A stretch of DNA of 64,000 nt from positions 309,008,001 through 309,072,000 of the forward strand of contig OZ024741.1 in NCBI GenBank assembly GCA_964016885.1, written 5' to 3'. Source of the DNA: Eledone cirrhosa. Taxonomy: Eukaryota. The position numbers were made by a program, and so were the translations under genes. Below, one piece after another: positions 60,890-64,000 of the stretch; positions within the stretch are counted from its first letter, which is position 1; each line of letters starts with the position of its first letter. Below the pieces are notes generated by a model that made no database searches, was not told the DNA's origin, and saw nothing but the letters and a program-made list of their open reading frames with translations.

Positions 60890-60920
<31 letters not shown>

Positions 60921-60985
60921 AGTTGTTGTAGTTGTAGTTGCTGTAGTTGCTGGTGTTGTAGTTGTAGTTGTCGTTGTTGTTGTGG

Positions 60986-61034
<49 letters not shown>

Positions 61035-61165
61035 AGTTGTTGTTGTTGTTGTTGTAGTTGTTGTTGTTGTAGTTGTTGTAGCTGTTGTTGTTGTAGTTGT
61101 TGTAGCTGTTGTTGTTGTTGCTGTTGTTGTTGTTGTTGTTGTTGTTGTTGTAGTTGTTGTTGTAG

Positions 61166-61226
<61 letters not shown>

Positions 61227-61378
61227 AGTTGTAGTTGTTGTAGTTGCTGGTGTTGTAGTTGTAGCTGTTGTTGTTGTAGTTGTTGTAGCTGTTGTTGTTG
61301 TAGTTGTTGTAGTTGTTGTAGCTGTTGTTGTTGTAGTTGTTGTAGTTGTTGTAGTTGTTGTAGTTGTTGCTGTTGTAG
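60330..61378. repeat. (GTT)n/(GTA) microsatellite
   Basis: Direct reading. Confidence 0.95.
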
Positions 61379-61612
61379 TCTGAAAGGTATTCATTTCTTT
61401 ATTTGTATTTGATCGAAAGCCACTCTGCATTCTTTCAACTGTGATAAAATTTATGACCCGCAATATCGATTAAGGAACGCAGTGTGTGTGTGACAGCTTG
61501 AGTGCGTGTGGGTGTCTGTGTGTGTGTTATATATATATATATGTGTGTGTGTGTGTGACTGCGTCTGCGAGTGTGGGTGTTTTGATCTGGTGTGTGAGTG
61601 ATTTCTTATGTG

Positions 61613-61686
<74 letters not shown>

Positions 61687-61873
61687 TATATATATACGTA
61701 TATATATATGTATATATATATTTTTATATACATACATACATACATACATTACATACATGCATATATATATTTATGTTGTCTAAATATGTATGTATGTATG
61801 TATGTATGTATATATATGTGTGATATATATATATATATATATGTGTGTATGTGTGTGTGTGTACATATATTAC

Positions 61874-61938
<65 letters not shown>

Positions 61939-62365
61939 GCAGGAAAGCAAAAGTCGATTGCTTCTCTGCTGAAAGTTATTTTCTTATTTATTTTGTTGTC
62001 TAAATGTTGTTATCATGGTTCTACAACAACCACGTAAGTGGAATAAACCAATAAATATGAGACGAGAAGAGGAGGGGGGGGGGCATTTGAAGATTGATAG
62101 AGAGATGGGGAGAGTATCATAGTCACTGATAATGGGAGTGGGAGGGAATGAGAAAGAGATAGGGAGATTGTGAGAAGGAAAGAAAACGAGAATCATTGCT
62201 AAATGGAAAGAAATTCTGAGGGTTTGGGTAGACATAAATAGAGAGAGAGAGGTGAGGTATTTTAGAATATACTCTCACAGAGACATATACCCATTCACTC
62301 ACATACATGCATACATACATACGTACGTACATATATATACATACATATATCTGTATCTATATGTG

Positions 62366-62457
<92 letters not shown>

Positions 62458-62461
62458 CATA

Positions 62462-62533
<72 letters not shown>

Positions 62534-62756
62534 AATATATAATATATGCATATTTATTTTAAAGTATTTATATCTTGACTTATTTTCCTCGTGTCAAACA
62601 CTTTAAGTTATCTACAAACACACACATACACATACATATATACACACACACGCATATATATATATATATACGTATATAATACATACATATTTGTATGTAC
62701 ATATACATACTATATGTATTTATGTATATATATTTATACACACAGACACACACACC

Positions 62757-62812
<56 letters not shown>

Positions 62813-63119
62813 TATATATATACATATATATATATTTAACCACCCATGAACTTTCTTCTTTCCATCGCAGCTTTCATTTCTTTCTTTCTTTCTTCTTCCC
62901 CTTCTTTATTTCCTTTTGTATTTATCTTATTTACAACTACTACTACTACTACTACTACTACCAGCACCCGCCACAACCACCACCACCACAACCACCACAC
63001 TAAACCACCACCATCACCACGGCCACCACCACTACTACTACTACTATTACCACAATCACCAGCACCGCCACAACCACCACCACTAAACTACTACTACCAC
63101 CACCACCACCACCACCACC

Positions 63120-63166
<47 letters not shown>

Positions 63167-63263
63167 CACAACCGCCGCCACGCCACCACCTTTACTACTA
63201 CTAGCACCACCACTACCACCACCACCACCACCATCATCACCACCACCACCACCACCACCACTG

Positions 63264-63306
<43 letters not shown>

Positions 63307-63427
63307 AACTATTTATATTATTTACGTTTTTTGTTCGTTTGTTCCTATATCCATCTACCCCTCCACCACATGGCCGCCATATTTATCTAGTTATTTATCT
63401 ATATAAATATATATATATGTATATACA

Positions 63428-63492
<65 letters not shown>

Positions 63493-64000
63493 CTATATAT
63501 ATATTTAGTTTGGTAATTATCAAATATCTGTCTATTTCTCCACTTTTTATATTTCTATTTAGAAGCTCCCTTAACCACTCTCATAATATCACATAGACAT
63601 CTCAGAACTCACCTCAACACCTACACCGCCGACTGGTGGCTCGACATTAAAACTAAAGCATGTTGTTGATAGTGGTGGTGGTGTTGGTGGTGGTGGTGGT
63701 GGTGGTGGTGGTGGTGGTTCGTGGTGGTGGTGGTGGTGGTGGTCGTCGTGGTGGTGGTGGGTGGATGGGGGTGGTGGTGGGGTGGGGGTGGGGGGTGTTG
63801 ACGGTGGGGGTGGTGGTGGTGTTGGGGTGTGGGGCGTGTGGGTGGTGTTGATGGTGGTGGTGGTGGTGGTGGTGGTGGTGGTGGTGGTGGTGGTGGGTGG
63901 ATGGGGGTGTTGGTGGTGTGGGGATGTTGGTGGGGGTGGTGTTGACGGTGGTGGTGGTGTTGACGATGGTGGTGGTGGTGTTGGGGTGTGGGGCGTGTGG

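Noticed and set aside
57931-61463. 695-aa poly-Ser/Val and 391-aa poly-Thr/Gln ORFs
   Set aside because: Translations of (AGT)n and (GTT)n microsatellites.

Overview
Eukaryotic, AT-rich DNA saturated with microsatellites. No host protein-coding exon could be supported, and almost all track ORFs are simple-repeat artefacts. The tRNA-headed SINE family and overall texture suggest an octopod cephalopod gene desert or large intron (inference). Ordinary repeats: many SINEs, RTE, Tx1/L1 and R4/Dong-like LINE remnants, a (TATG)n-flanked RTE-derived non-autonomous family, two Helitron pieces, hAT and Tc1/mariner MITEs, and minisatellites. The main finding is a set of short non-coding elements inserted in (TA)n tracts that carry type I hammerhead ribozymes (HHR). 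About 10 complete or near-complete HHR folds from at least 4 unrelated families were folded by eye, plus several half-motifs. Most sit in asymmetric fold-back palindromes with a 60-90 nt unpaired tail. One family occurs as a ~416-446 bp monomer with terminal redundancy, as expected from reverse transcription of a circular or multimeric RNA. This matches Penelope-like element (PLE) pLTRs and retrozymes. All folds were made manually, and no activity or database novelty was tested.
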